64,000 nucleotides of DNA from Podarcis bocagei (Eukaryota). Made by a program: the position numbers and the translations under genes. Positions 11,969 through 25,342 of this stretch are shown here, piece after piece (position 1 is the first letter of the stretch; every line of letters begins with the position of its first letter). The stretch lies in the NCBI GenBank assembly GCA_964188305.1, contig OZ076886.1, one strand, 5' to 3'. The notes below the pieces were generated by a model, which had not been told where the DNA came from, did not search any database, and saw nothing but the letters and a program-made list of their open reading frames with translations.

Positions 11969-11970
<2 letters not shown>

Positions 11971-12339
11971 GTACCATGTTCAGAGCAGAGGTGGGACAGA
12001 AACACTATGACACAGAATGATCATGTTTGCACACCTAACATCATTAACAAATCATTAAGGGGGGTGCATTTTTTTTCTGGGTTAGAAAACACTGTGTTTC
12101 AGTTAATGCAATGGTAAAGATGTTATTGGGACACCAAAGGTGTGTTGTAATGTAAGCATAAGAAGAACCCTGCTGGATCAGACCCAAGGCCCATCTAGGC
12201 CAACATCCTGTCCTCACAATGACCAGCCCCAAAGCACAGGAAGCCCCAAAGCATATCATCAGCCCCAGTGAGCAGAGCCATGCTGGCTGGGACTGGTGAG
12301 CGTTACAGTCCCAAACAACACGACATCACCAGGTTGGCC

Positions 12340-13095
12340 AAGGCTGAACCAGAGGAATGAAGATCACAGGCTGGGATGTGCAGGGAGATTAAGGGGTGAA
12401 GCCATGGAGGGCCATGAAGGGTCTTAGAGTAGATGAGAAGCCAGTGTAGGGACATCACATGATAAGAGTGATAAGAGAGGGTTTTATTTTGCCTGTATGA
12501 GGAGATGAGGCTGACCCTGCAGAAGACCAGAAAGGAAAATACTGTAGAGGTCTAGGTGAGAGATAACTAGAGCATGGGCCAGAAGAACAACAAGGACAGG
12601 ACATATTAAGGGTGAATGGTAACATTGTCAAAGAAAAAGCCAAGAATGCATGAAGAAGGCAGCTTGAGATGAAAGACCAGACATTTGATCTTTGACATAT
12701 TGAGTATTCCAGCAATAAGATCAGAGAGGCACTTCAAGATGTGGGGTGAGGAGGGCGGTTCAGAGGGGGAGAGGGTTGGTTGTTTTAGGGGTTTCTGGGA
12801 TCTGATGAAGTCATCCAGGAACAGCGTGCAGAGAGAGAAGAGAATAACAGAGAGGGAAAGCAGAGGAAGAGTTCCCACCTGTGGAGACATTGAAAGAATG
12901 ATTAGACAGGTAGGAGGAGAACCAGATAAGGACAGAGTCACAGACACCCAAAAGGAATCAAGTAGGAGAGAGTAGTTAACTATATCAAAGGCAGTGTAAA
13001 GGTCAGAAATGTGGGTCCAATACAGGCTTTCAGCAAGGAGGACATTATCAGTGATTTGTGACATACAGTACTGTACAATGCTAGTTTCTGTGTAA
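12340..13095 (-). mobile_element. L2 LINE reverse-transcriptase fragment
   Basis: Frameshifted SDLYTAFDIVNYSLLL (LDLSAAFDTVDHxLLL motif) and LNMSKIKCLVF (LNxSKT motif). Confidence 0.8.
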
Positions 13096-15238
13096 CCAAC
13101 TCTTGATACACACACACACTTTGTATCTAGCTGTATTTCTGTTATTTTCCCTTGCTCACCATGATCTGTTGCCTTTTTTATGGTACTCATATTCACTCAT
13201 CTTGGCTTTGGGGCTACTGTAACTTTTAAATAGACCATATAGTACCTCTCTTTAAATATTATGTGTGTTTGTGTATGCAAGAGTGCATTACGCGTGCTAC
13301 TTACACCATGTTTGTATTTTTCAATGACTGCCTTTCATGTCTCTGTGTTTGTTGTCAGCTCCTATCTGTCTCTGCGGTGCACATTTAGAACCTAATGCCT
13401 AAGGGGTGACTCATCCCGACCCAGGACTTTCTCAGCATCTGTTGGATTCCCCCAGGTGAATTCCTCAGCCCCAAATGCTAGATAAGGTGTCTTTTGGGAT
13501 GTATTATTTCAGGAAGGACTTCTGAGAAGTAGCAAGCTATATTGGTGGTAGAAGAAGTGGCCTTCTGTTAACTGGGCACTAGTCTCTTGCGCATGGTTTG
13601 GAGAACCACTGCCTATACTGATGTCCCATTCTACCTGTGTATAGCAAAACACACACACTTGAACGGTCACAACACCACCCTATTTTGAGGCAGAGCCAGC
13701 TCTATATCAAAGGCCAAAATGTAAGAATTGGCCAGAAAGTCAACAACTGAGATCAAACTGGTATCCTTTGCTTTCTCTCCTCAGATTTCCCTGATATGCC
13801 CGCCAGAAGAAGTTCCGGTTAAAAGAATACTTTTTATGACAGCGAGGGAGAGACAAGAAGCTTCTTGGAAGAGTAACAAAGCTAGAGGAAGGTAGAAAAT
13901 ATCATCTTTTTGTCTTCACAGTGGTCCATGCTCCTGTGTAATACTGCTACATAGAATTACCTGGTGCTTCCTGGATATTATCTTGTAATCCTTACAACAA
14001 CCCTGTTAGGTAGGGCAGTGGCATTATCACTTATACTGTATCACAAATGGGAGGGATTATATCACAAAGTGGGATTCTCAAGCATACCCTGCTCTGCTCA
14101 GAAGAATGGTAGGAAAAGATTATAGATTCATATCTCAACACACCTGACCTTGAGCTCCTTGCAGGAAAAGCAGAATATAAAGTAAGTAAGTAAAGAAAAG
14201 AGAGGTCATCTCTGGGTCACTTCTGTGTTGGAGACCACTCATCAGTGACATGGATAGCACACAGTATACATTACAGGATGAGGCACCCTGCAGCTGACTG
14301 GTCGCCATGCCATTTTCCCCAAGTTCAGGGGTGAGTCCCCTTCCCCCTTTAGTTTTCCACCCTAACCTCTAATCAGGCTGGAAACAAAGAAGGGAGCTTT
14401 ATTTTTCCCCCAACCCTGCCCTGCCCCCAGCTCTGAAGCATCGCTCGATTTACAAATACCGTATCCACCAATCTGTCTCCACCCAGGGAATTGTTTGCAG
14501 CAAAGCAACAGCTCAGAAACATTTTGAAGTGCTCTTGTTTTGTTTTGTTTCCTTCTTTCTCCCCGCCCTTTTTTTTGTCCATGTATTTCCTAAATAACGT
14601 CAGGGAATATTGCTGCACATCCTCCCCTCCCCCGGTTTAGAACCCTGAAACAATCTTTTCCTGGCTCGTGTAATTTCATACATTCTGCCGCTCTGCAGCA
14701 GACTTTCTACGTGCCAATGGGGTTTCCATCACTTCAGGGAGGGCCAATCACTTTAACGGTTCTACGAGTTATGAGGCTCAGAGCCTTGGCTTGGGAGAGT
14801 TCAGAGCGCGCTGTGTTAGGAACCTCTTTAAAGGGTTACAAAGGAGAGCCCAATTTCGCACCCGAGGCGCCACAATGAGGATTTTTGGTGCTCCAATTCT
14901 GTTCGTTACACCTGGGTTGAAAAAAATATAAAACCAATAACTTTACAGGGAGATGCCGAGCAAAGGAGCTCTGAGACACCGTGCCAGGGAGTGTGTTTCC
15001 AGCCTTGGATAGGAGGCGGAGAGGAGGAATGGAGAACAGCAGGGCGATCAGGAGACATAACTTTGGGTCTGGAATTGATCTTTGCTCTAAAGCCTGTGCG
15101 GATCTGCTGAAGGTCCATCTGTCCCTCATCAAGGGCTCCCACCACCCTGGCCGCCCCCTCTCTCGTCAATTGCACAAACTGGTCTCTCCCCACGCCCACC
15201 CCTTTGGTCGCTTAGCTGCTTCACAAAAAAAGACTTAC

Positions 15239-15500
15239 CCCCCAATGCAGGCGCAATCGGCGTGGGCTGTTGCCGCCACCTCCACTGCCTTGTAAAAGGG
15301 GGATATTTTGGAAACCAGGAGGAGGAGGAGGGGGGGAGGAGGAGGAGGGACTTTTAACACCAAAAAAAAAAAAAGTTACAGGGAAGTTGACCAACTGCAC
15401 GAATTGTTTATTTAACCTGAAACCCGGAGGCAGTGGCCCATCAATCATCGGTAATTACACCCTGATGCCAAAGCCTTCGGAGACCCCTTGATCTCTCCAC
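15239..15500 (-). other. Candidate first (5' UTR) exon of an unidentified minus-strand gene
   Basis: Perfect donor GG|GTAAGT at 15238-15233, lying just downstream of a GC/CCAAT promoter; CpG-enriched and repeat-free; upstream boundary approximate. Confidence 0.5.
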
Positions 15501-15930
15501 ACACACCCCGCCCTCCTCCGCCCCATCACCTTTCCACGAAAAGCCAGCGTTGCTGTATTGGTTGAGTTATCAGGGGATAACGCCTCGCTCCTATTCTGTT
15601 TCGCTGGATAAGTTTTATGGGGNNNNNNNNNNNNNNNNNNNNNNNNNNNNNNNNNNNNNNNNNNNNNNNNNNNNNNNNNNNNNNNNNNNNNNNNNNNNNN
15701 NNNNNNNNNNNNNNNNNNNNNNNNNNNNNNNNNNNNNNNNNNNNNNNNNNTATGTTATATATTAATATATCAATATATTACCCCATCAATATATGTACAT
15801 ATACCCTATCAATTTCTCCAGCAGACCGATTCCACCCACGGCCCCGCATTGATTGTTCGGCAGGCGGGGGCAGAAATGTGGGGAAAGTGAAAGCAAAGTG
15901 CGGGGGGGGGGGGCGCGGATCTGGAACTGT
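15500..15930 (-). promoter_or_regulatory. GC-rich core promoter region
   Basis: GC boxes at 15506-15523, CCAAT (ATTGG) at 15557-15561, inverted GATA pair at 15566-15581, GATAAG at ~15607, more GC boxes at ~15860-15920. Confidence 0.55.
15623..15750. other. Assembly gap (128 N)
   Basis: Run of N. Confidence 1.
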
Positions 15931-16204
15931 TTCACTCTGGCATGAAAGGGAAAGAGGTGGGTCAGGTCTGTCCCTCTTTCCGCTCTCAGCCTGCATCTTC
16001 TCCCAAGAGAGGCTACAGCATCTTCCTCGCAAGGAACAGACCAGAAAGGCTCATTCCTTTCAGCAGCCGAATGCAGAGATGGGACGCACACACTGGAACA
16101 ATAACACTGTTGTGCTTTGCAGTCCTAAGAGAGCCGGCTGTGCTGAGCATCCTAGTTGTTTTCTTAAAGGAGCCCAAGTTATTTGTTTATTATTTGGTTT
16201 CTAT

Positions 16205-16400
16205 CCTCCAAAGAGCTCAAGGTGACGTGCCATGGGTCTCTTCCTCCCTGTTTTATCGTCCCAGCAACCTTGCGAGGAAGGCTAGGCTGAAAGTGAGTGA
16301 GTGGCCCAGAGTTCACCCAGTGAGTTTTATGGCTGAGTGGGGACAGGAAACCTGGTCTCCCAGGTCCGAGTCTGACACACTAACCACTACACCACACTAG
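16205..16400 (-). mobile_element. MIR-like CORE SINE
   Basis: GTGGCCCAGAGTTCACCCAGTGAG...CTAACCACTACACCAC; related copies at ~4010-4110 and 58912-59105. Confidence 0.75.
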
Positions 16401-16944
16401 CAGGCTAACCATGCCATGCAAAAGTGCCCCGGTCAATTTGATTTAATTTTGATTTTTAAAATTATAATCACCATCATTAACCTGCCCTGCACCCCAACTA
16501 TTTAAAATACAATTGAAAAGGAAAGAAAGGAAAGTAATACTATTGACAGTGAAGCTCTATTCGCGATACAGGAGAATTTATCATTTTTGTGTGGCTGTTT
16601 GCTTGGGAGCCTGTTTATAGAAATTCCACTTGGTCATAACTGTTGTATGACTGCATATTATATAGCTCATCAATGTCCATAAGACTTTACACAAAGCAAG
16701 AGAACGGGCCCCTGCCCCTGGGAGCTTACAATCTAAAATTCAGCATGGTGAAAGGGAGGTGGGAGTGGAGGCAGGAGTGAATGAGGATGAATATGCAGAA
16801 CTGAACATTGTACTTCAGGTGAGGTTTGATGCTCCCCTAGTCAGCATCTGGAGTGCTGTGTGCAGGTTTGAGCACCACATTTTCAGGAGGATACAAACCA
16901 GGTGTGGGCTAGGTGCTTAAGTCCCAAAGGAGCAGAAAATACCA

Positions 16945-17277
16945 TTTATGTGCATGACCACGGCTGCACGGATGTTACTGGCCCAGAGATGGAAAGAAGG
17001 TAAAGTTCCTACCAGAGAAGAATGGCAGATGAAGTTAACGGACTTTGCTGAAATGGTGAAAATGACCGGAAGAGTCAGAAATCAGGAAGACCAAAATTAT
17101 AATAAGGAATGGGAAAAAATATAACTTATCTTAAATACCATTGAAAACAGTTAAAATCATTTGTAGGATTGGAATATCACTTGTAGTTTAAGGTTGAATT
17201 CTGGACATAATGGAAGATGTAAAGGATTTGGATTATCATTCGTAGGATTGGAATATCACTTGTAGTTTAAGGTTGAA
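16945..17277 (+). mobile_element. L1 LINE 3' fragment
   Basis: TTAARMLLAQRWKEGKVPTREEWQMKLTDFAEM, homologous to the ORF at 60173-60650. Confidence 0.85.
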
Positions 17278-17386
17278 CAAAATCAGGTGTGGGTAATCTG
17301 TCTGCCAGCATGTGGTCCATAACAGAGTACCTCCAAGCAAAGACAGCCCTGGGGGGGGGGGGTAGGTGGGAAGATTCTCCACTCCT

Positions 17387-17785
17387 GACATAGACAAATT
17401 GGAACAGACAACAGAGTTGGCCAGCAGTGTGGAAAGCGCGTTCTGTTAGGAAAGGTAGAAGGAACCAGGTGTCTTTAGCCTGGAGAAAGAAAAGACTCAG
17501 GGAGGAAATGAAAACAGCACACTTCAAATTCCTGAAGGACTGTTATCTGGAAGATGACAAAGACTTCTTATCTGGTGCTCCAGACAGCAGGATTAGATTG
17601 AATGGGGTTAAATTACAAGAGGGTGGATTTTGGTTGAACATTAGCTATCTTGACCATAGGAGCATTTGGAACCAGATGCCTCAAGGGGTTTTCAGGAAGA
17701 ACTTGGACAGCTCTCTCTTGTAGATGCTCTGCATCTGGGTTTTCTGCACTGAGCAGGGAGTTGGGCTACATGGCCTCTCCAATCC
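17387..17785 (+). mobile_element. CR1 LINE 3' fragment
   Basis: SLAWRKKRLREEMKTAHFKFLKDCY...NGVKLQEGGFWLNI matches the CR1 ORF2 C-terminus; an upstream piece lies at ~16835-16900. Confidence 0.8.
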
Positions 17786-17858
17786 TATGGCCCTGTTGTT
17801 GTTTTTCAGTTACAGGTTACCCTACAGCTAGCCAGGCATTCATGCAAAGTAAGGCTTA

Positions 17859-17975
17859 AGCTACCAGCATGAGTTTGACCAAACTGCGGGAGGCAGTGGA
17901 AGACAGGAGTGCCTGGCATGCTCTGGTCCATGGGGTCATGAAGAGTTGGACACGACTAAACAACTAAACAACAAC
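17859..17975 (+). mobile_element. RTE-BovB LINE 3' end
   Basis: GTCCATGGGGTCATGAAGAGTTGGACACGACT plus (CAA)n tail; TSD AAGGCTTA (17851-17858, 17976-17983). Confidence 0.92.
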
Positions 17976-18471
17976 AAGGCTTATGCAAATGAAACCCAAA
18001 GTGGAGCAGAGCTGCGTCCTGTTAAGGAAATATATTTGAAAGCCATGTTCTTCCCACTCTTGGAAAAAAGACAGCTTGTAAGCCAATACCCATCTTCAGC
18101 TGACTTTACCCAAAAAGAGACTGTCTCCTGTGCTTCGTCTGTTGGTAATCACCGCTTTATTAAATAAGGCAGTGGTTTTAAGCAGAGCTTGAATAGTATG
18201 TGAATAGCAGAGCTCCGAGATGAAGGGAAATGTGGGAAGGAAGCCAAATAGAGTGACCCATAATTTGTCACCTAGAGGGCTTTACAGGTGATGCCCAACA
18301 GCCAAGCATTAGGCTCTGCGTTCACATAAGGAAGGATTTCGGGACAATTGCAATGATACACACTTACTACTGCCTTTGCCCCATTGGCTCACCAAGAGAG
18401 GAGAGGAGCCTGTGATGAAACTGTGAGAGTTACTTGAGAGAAATAATATTGGTAACAAAATTCCCTTAGGG

Positions 18472-18650
18472 GGAAGGCCGCAGCTCAGCAGAAGACCTTC
18501 CTCCTGGCATGCAGATGGTCCAAGGTCAGATTCTGGAATCTCCAGATAGGGCTAAGAGAGACGCTAGTCTGAAATCTTGGACAGCTGCTGGCAGTTAGTG
18601 TAGGCAATACTGAGCTTGATGGACTAATGATCTGACTCAGTACAAAGCAG
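18472..18650 (+). mobile_element. tRNA-derived SINE (Squam3-like)
   Basis: GGCCGCAGCTCAG head, CAATACTGAGCT.GATGGAC.AATG.TCTGACTCAGTA tail. Confidence 0.75.
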
Positions 18651-19700
18651 TCGCTACAAAGAGCAAACTGCACAACACCCACTCAAACAATCCAGCTATC
18701 AATCACTCTGAATAAGCGGCACATCTCACCAGATTTTGAAAAATGCCCAGTAGCTCCCATTATTACCTTTTCTTGACAGCATTTCTGATGACCTTAGCCC
18801 TCCAGTATGTTGTCTTTTGATAAACGGGCCCCAGCCATTGCTGAGCTCATAAGCAAAATGTGCATGCAATTATGAAAGACCAGAGATGTAAGAGTTTCCA
18901 CATTTCAGTGATATTATATCCTCTTTCCCATGCTGTCAAGGCTATTTTTAAAAAACAACAACTATAAAATGTTACATTGTCATACAAATTTCACTCTTGT
19001 TCCTCTGATCAACATTTCTTTTGCCATGGTGCCCCCCCCCCTTAATTGTACAAGGCCACTGTAAAACTCTAATCTGAAGGAAATGATTGCTATCAGATGG
19101 AATTTTCCTGGGTGTAAAGGATTAAAAGCAGTTTGATTTTTTTGGGAGGGGGGATCAATTTTTGTAAGTTGAGGCATTTGAGATGCATTCTGTTTACAAA
19201 GCAACACAACCAAAGGTCAAATGAGAGTGCAGTATTTATCTCCTGCTAATCAGTAGTTTTATGGTGCAGCATTAAATGTTAAGTGTTGCAACTGGCTGTG
19301 CACATAATACAGAAGAAACAGCACAAAGAAAAAGGAAAGGAAAGAAAGCACACAGTGCTATCATGTCTGATGGGGGCAGAACGGCAAGACTGAAAACATT
19401 TGTTCTAGCATGTTACAGACTGCACAATGGGGGAGGGACAAAATAAACTGTCAGCAATTTGTAATAGCAAAAACCTCAGCCCTGCAATGAATTGCATTTT
19501 AACAAATAGGTGAGGTGAAATGGGGGCAGTCAGCCACTCAGATTTCTTGACCCCTGTGGTTATTTGAAGGAAAGGTACTTTCCAGACACAAATAGTAACT
19601 CAGTCGTAATGCCAAATTAAAATACAGCTGCAGTTCTATGCTTATTTGAAAGTAAACTCGATAAAGTCACCAGGATGCCATCCAGAGAAAGTATGTTTAG

Positions 19701-19838
19701 GATCATAGACCTGTAGAGTTGGGACCATGAGGGTCATCCAGTCCAACCCCCTGAAATGCAGAAATCATTTGCCCAACATGGAGCTCAAGCTCACGACCCT
19801 GAGGTTAAGAGGTTCCTGCTCTACCAACTGAGCTATCC
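19701..19838 (-). mobile_element. tRNA-Lys/CR1-tail SINE
   Basis: Same family as 6475-6615. Confidence 0.85.
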
Positions 19839-20328
19839 TCCATCTGGATGGAAGGGCTAATGTGAAACATATGATTATTTCTCTTGCAGAACCAACCTGG
19901 ATCCACTACTCCCTGAAACATAGTTTGTCCTCTGCTTCCCTCTGCTACATTTTTCTGGTACCACCACCCAACTAAATGGTGATTGAATCTGATGTTGTAA
20001 TGCCCTGGGGGGGGGGGATTGATGCAACAACAATGGCACCTAATTCCCCTTTTCTTGTTGTGTTCTTCTGCAGCGTTGTGGGTGGGGTGTCCCGCCATCA
20101 CTGCCTGCCCTCTTGCCCATCTAGTGCAGTGAGGGCACAGCATTCATCAACAGCAGGCAGGAGAGATATGTGGTTCCTGTCCCACAAGCAACACTACTCC
20201 ATGTAATGTCCCATTAATCCAAACTGTTTGAAGAAATGGATGAAGTCTCCAGTTCAGTAAGTGAGGATCCTCTACACCCAACAGCTGGAAATAGTTAATA
20301 CAGTTGATGTTTAGCACACCTGAGTCTG

Positions 20329-20511
20329 GGGTGGAATCTACACACATATTAAAAACGTTGTGAAAATGTTTTTTCTTAAAAAAAATTAAAAAAAGTTTTG
20401 AAAAATATATTTAATATGCCATAGCTCACAATCGCCATCAAGTGTCACATTTGTATACTGCACTTTACAACACATTTAAAATGTTTAATTTGCAGCTGTA
20501 TAGCTGAGTCC
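20329..20511. repeat. ~180-bp interspersed repeat (possible PIF/Harbinger-like MITE)
   Basis: Second copy at 52610-52780 is clearly alignable by eye. Confidence 0.7.
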
Positions 20512-21222
20512 ATATGCACACACACACACCCCTGCTAATCCTTTTAGATTTTGATGTTGAATATACAGAAGACATTTGCCATCAATATTTGATACCCTGC
20601 AATATCCAGTAGCAATATTAGCAATCTGTAATGAGAATGAGAAGTAATTTAACATGATGTATATAGAAACATCAGATTTGTCATATGGTAATATATGTGA
20701 GCCCAATCATCAGTGTGCTAAAAGAGCTGGAGGTAAATAGAATGGCACAATCAATATTTATGTCCCTGAAAGCATTGTTTTGCAAGATGCTACCTTGAGT
20801 GGTATTTTATTATTGGAGACAGCTGTGCAAATGGCAGATAAGGATGCAGGACTGACATTTAAAAGTGAAACTACCTAGTTTGCAGTTTCCAAAACAAGAT
20901 GTGGAATGAAACACCATCATCCATTAAAATTCACATTTCTCGGAAATTTGTAATGCAGTTCTCCAAAATTTTATTACAAAAAATGCTTGCATAAAATGCA
21001 TATATTAGTTCAAATAGTATACAAAAATGCATTTGATTGGGAAAATTGCAAAAAATGTGCATATTAGACAGAATTGCAAACAAAATATGTATACTATAAA
21101 TGCTGGTGTGAACATTTTTTTAAAAATGTGAACTGATATAGAAATGTGAGCTGCATTTAAGATTGGTCCCATCCAACTCTACAATTCTATGATTATTAAA
21201 ATATAGCATAGTTTAAAAAATA

Positions 21223-21448
21223 CAGTGGTACCTCGGGTTACAGACGCTTCAGGTTACCGACTCTGCTAACCCAGAAATAGTACCTCGGGTTAAGAACTTT
21301 GCTTCAGGATGAGAACACAAATTGAGTGGCGGTGGCGCAGTGGCAGCGGGAGGCCCCGTTAGCTAAAGTGGTAACTCAGGTTAAGAACAGTTTCAGGTTA
21401 AGAACGGACCTCCAGAACTAATTAAGTTTTTAACCCAAAGTACCACTG
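21223..21448. mobile_element. Tigger-like ~230-bp MITE
   Basis: TA-CAGTGGTACCTCGGGTTA...GTACCACTG-TA. Confidence 0.92.
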
Positions 21449-24400
21449 TAGTGCTTGCTAGTTACAAAAAAACCCTGACTCCTTGCAGTTCTTCACTGAC
21501 ACCTCAGTGCAGTTTAACAGAGGTGATGTCCTTTCCACACATTACCGTGTGAGCCATTGAGCCTACATCTAAAACATAATGTGTGATGGCAACAAATAAA
21601 CTTGTTTCAAATGGGTGCCTTCCACGGAGAACTGTGTTTGGCTCCCTGTAGACCATGTACTTAGTGGCAAATGTGCTTTGTGTGCAAAACAGTCCTAAAT
21701 CATCTCACAGAGCTACCTAAAGCATCTACCACATTTACCATAAAACATCCATAATAGTGAAGATTAGAACCATAGAATTGTTGAGTTGGGGGGGGTGACC
21801 CCGAGGGTTATTTCGTCCAACCCCCCGCAATGCAGGAATGTCAACACATGGTTCCCCACACACACCTATTTTGAAACCATACACGACCCTCCTTAGCTTT
21901 GCAAGTGTGCTAGCAGTTTTATTGCTGTTGTTTACTGGTAAATTAATTTGGTTCAGTGCTGGCCATTTCTTCTGTACTTTATGACTTTTTAATTTTATGA
22001 TGTTTTAATGATTTATTGTACACCAGCATAATGTATTTTAAATAAATAAATAAATACAAAATCAACTGGTGGTTTATAAATGCCAGACACACATTTCTTA
22101 ACCCATTTGTTGGAAATAATTTGTGACTAGAAATGTTGCCCTGGGTTTTCCATTGTCCTTTCTGGCAGAAGTCTCAGGTTTAGGTTCCTATTGCTTCCTA
22201 GGGACAGATTCCAGTAGAGCAGCCCAGCCTGGTTCCTTAGGGGCAAGTGGAACAAAAGCAAACTGGAGTTTGCTGGCTGATTTGCCCATTTCCTTTGGCT
22301 TGACTAGAAGCTCAGGTTGGTTAAATAAGCACCCCTTTTTGCAGGGCAAATGTCTAAGCAATGATTTCAGTTGAAACAAAGTATGGAATTCCATTTGTCA
22401 AATTATCTGTTTGATGTCAGGAAAAGGGGGTTATTGTGAAGTTTCAGAGTGCTGATCCTGCTGAGGTAATGGTTCTTAGGAGGTCAGCAGTCTCCCTTTC
22501 ACTTCCTTAATCTCATCTGCTGATGCTCCATGGCCCATCTGCAGGTAGCTTGCCTAATACTTAGCATCTGTGAACCAACTTTCCAAGGAAATGGCTCGCC
22601 TGGATGGGGTGCACATGTCAAATGTCAGTTGAGAAGAGGCTGCTCATTAGGGAACAGGCAGCTTAAACCTGACACTGATACAAATGGTCAGATGTTAGTT
22701 ACAGTTTGATTTTTCCAGCAGCCCTGGCTTGGAATTTCCGCTCACCTCTTTGTAATCATATTCCCTCTCTCAGAGGAACCAGGATCTGTAAATTAGGTCA
22801 AGCGAAGTCAGATACAAAGCCTGAGCAATAAGCTACCTTTCTTTTCAGGCCTTCACAGTTGGCAGGGAGATGAAATTTTCTGCTCTGGAGAAAAACTAAG
22901 CAAACCCTGAAAATCTGCTGTATATTGAAAGGTAGGCAGACCCTAGCTCAGTGGCAGAGGATTTTGTCTGCACGTTTAGTTGGAATCTCCTTTCTTGCAA
23001 CTTGAAGCCATGGGTTCGGGTCCTACCCTCCGGAGCAGGAGAAAACAAGTTGGCTTTGGTGAACAAGAGTCCACTTTACCAGATGCACAAAATGTCATGG
23101 TCAGATGGCAAAAATAAAAGAGTGGGGACCAATGGCAATGAAATTCAAGAAGCCCAGTCTGAGACAGCTTAACTCGATTAAAGATGACACTCCCCTCTCA
23201 ATTCCATATACAGATCCCAGCTGGAATAGCAGTTGAATCTCACTTCAAACTTGACAACAAAGCCCCATCCTCTGCTGCATCTCAAAGCAGAAAGTTAGCT
23301 TAGGTCAAGCACAGCACACACTGTTCTGTCCTCCCAACACCTCAGCACTGCCTCCCCTCCCAGGATCTGCTGCCTGAGTGATGGTAATGGTAGGGGTTGG
23401 ACCATGTTGTGGTCCTTAAGAAAGAAAGAGAGAAAGAAAGAACAAGCCAATTCTGCTCCATGTGAGGCTAGTTAAGAAACTACAACACAGCACTATGATC
23501 ATTCACTCATTCTCCGCTGCCCTTAGTACATTGATGTCTAGCATTAATTTACTAGGCAAGTCTTTCCCAATCATTGTATCTTCACATTAAGCTCCAATTG
23601 ACTTTTTAAAAAAACAAAACTTGTCATGTTGCTGTTAAAATCACAGGAACCCTCCCAAACCAATCCTGCTTCTCATCCCAGATGTGTGTGTGTGTGGCAG
23701 CTGGATATGGTGTAGGAAAAACACTTTGCGCATTTTAAGAAACATCCTCTAATCTTCTTTCTTTTAACTTCTGCCAGACTGAGGAGTACATGCACTATGC
23801 ATTAATCCAGTGTCTGCAGCTAGGTTGAAAGGAACCTTGTCATCACAGGGAGTAATAATGTGCATAAAGGCTGGTCTTTAAAGACCAGTGCAAGGGAAGG
23901 CAGAAGAGCAGAAAGTTTGGCCACAGAAGGTATGGCGCTAGTTTCCGGAGAGCCCAGCAGAGGCTGGCTATTTGCATTGCTCTATCTTTTATTTTTAATT
24001 GTGTTATATTCAATTGCAAACCTTGAATGGTGTGGCAGAAATGCTGCATATAAACGCAATAAACAAACAAATACCAAGAAGAAAAGCAAGAGTGACGCGG
24101 CGCTAGGAGAATGCAGGAAATCATAGAATCCTGACTCAAGCTGGCTGGTGCAGGCAGGCTATATAATGCATCATTCTGATCCAGTAGAACAGACACTTAA
24201 TAATATGGGCAGAGGCGTCATCTTGGACTGAAGATTAGAGGGGTCCACAGGTGCACTGGGCACCTGTGACGTCACAAGCGCGACGTGAGCACATTGTTCG
24301 GAAGAGGCCTTGCCCAGCACCACGCAGCTTCAATTCAGTTAAACTAAGCCCTTTCCAGCCCCAGGAGGAGCATGGGGAATGTTTGCGTGACACATCTGCA

Positions 24401-25302
24401 CACTGTCGTGGCACACAGTTTGGAAAGCTCTGGTGTAGACAGTATTGAGCTAGATGGACCAATGTTCGGATTCAGCATAAGGCAGCTTCCTATCTTCCTA
24501 GGCTGATTGTTCCAACTAGACTGAAGCTCAGCGGCATAATATTGAAAGTAAACCCTTTACAGAAATGGCATCAGTTGGGTTAAGTAAAGGAAACGGGTTC
24601 CTTTTCAAGCCACCTATTGCTGCAGAAAGAATAAGGAGGCATATTTTAAATGAAATGCAGTTGCAAAAATCTTCACCCCACTGCACTTGGTCCCCCTCCA
24701 AACTGAGAATAACTTTTGGGCTGGAACACACTTCACCAGCAACCTATATGGAAATTCATCCCCTGGTGCTGACATTTACGCCTAACCACATAAGGAAGTA
24801 GCATGGCTGTTACTCTTATGTTTCCTGGGTTGGATCCTACTTAAAAGCCAAGTGTGCAGAAACAGGTACCACTGCCTTGAACGCAGTTCTCAGATTTCTG
24901 TAAAAGGGGATGCATGACCCTCACAAAAGAATAGTTTTTGAAGCAAGGCCTCCTTTGCAGCTGCCTGCAATTTTATTCCTACTATTTGGCCAGATACAGT
25001 AGTTCCTTGTAGGTCCACATCACAAGCGTACATGGAAATTGGGGGCTAGGGCAGAGGAAAAGTGAGAGGCAGAGCACATTCCATTTTCTTTGTAATGGTA
25101 CTAGAGAAGACAAAAAGCAGCCCCATGTTTTATTGCTCTGTTAAAAACACCACTGTGAAGATTCCAGTTATAGCAACGCAGCCTATTCATTCTTCAGCTC
25201 TTTGCTATTTTGCAGGGAGGTGGTAGGTTTTAAGAAAGGAATGATAGTCCCTTACAAATGGCTATTTGTTCATGAAGTTCTCATAGGTGGCCTCCTACAT
25301 TG

Positions 25303-25342
<40 letters not shown>

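Noticed and set aside
11748-12020. Low-complexity ORFs (IYIY, NNNN, IIII, CVCV here and elsewhere)
   Set aside because: Translations of microsatellites.
13785-13891. Plus-strand exon-like segment with one open frame (ISLICPPEEVPVKR...)
   Set aside because: Good acceptor but weak donor (GTAGAA), no recognisable protein, and antisense to the better-supported first exon.
15617-16225. 202-aa ORF
   Set aside because: Spans the N gap; artefact.
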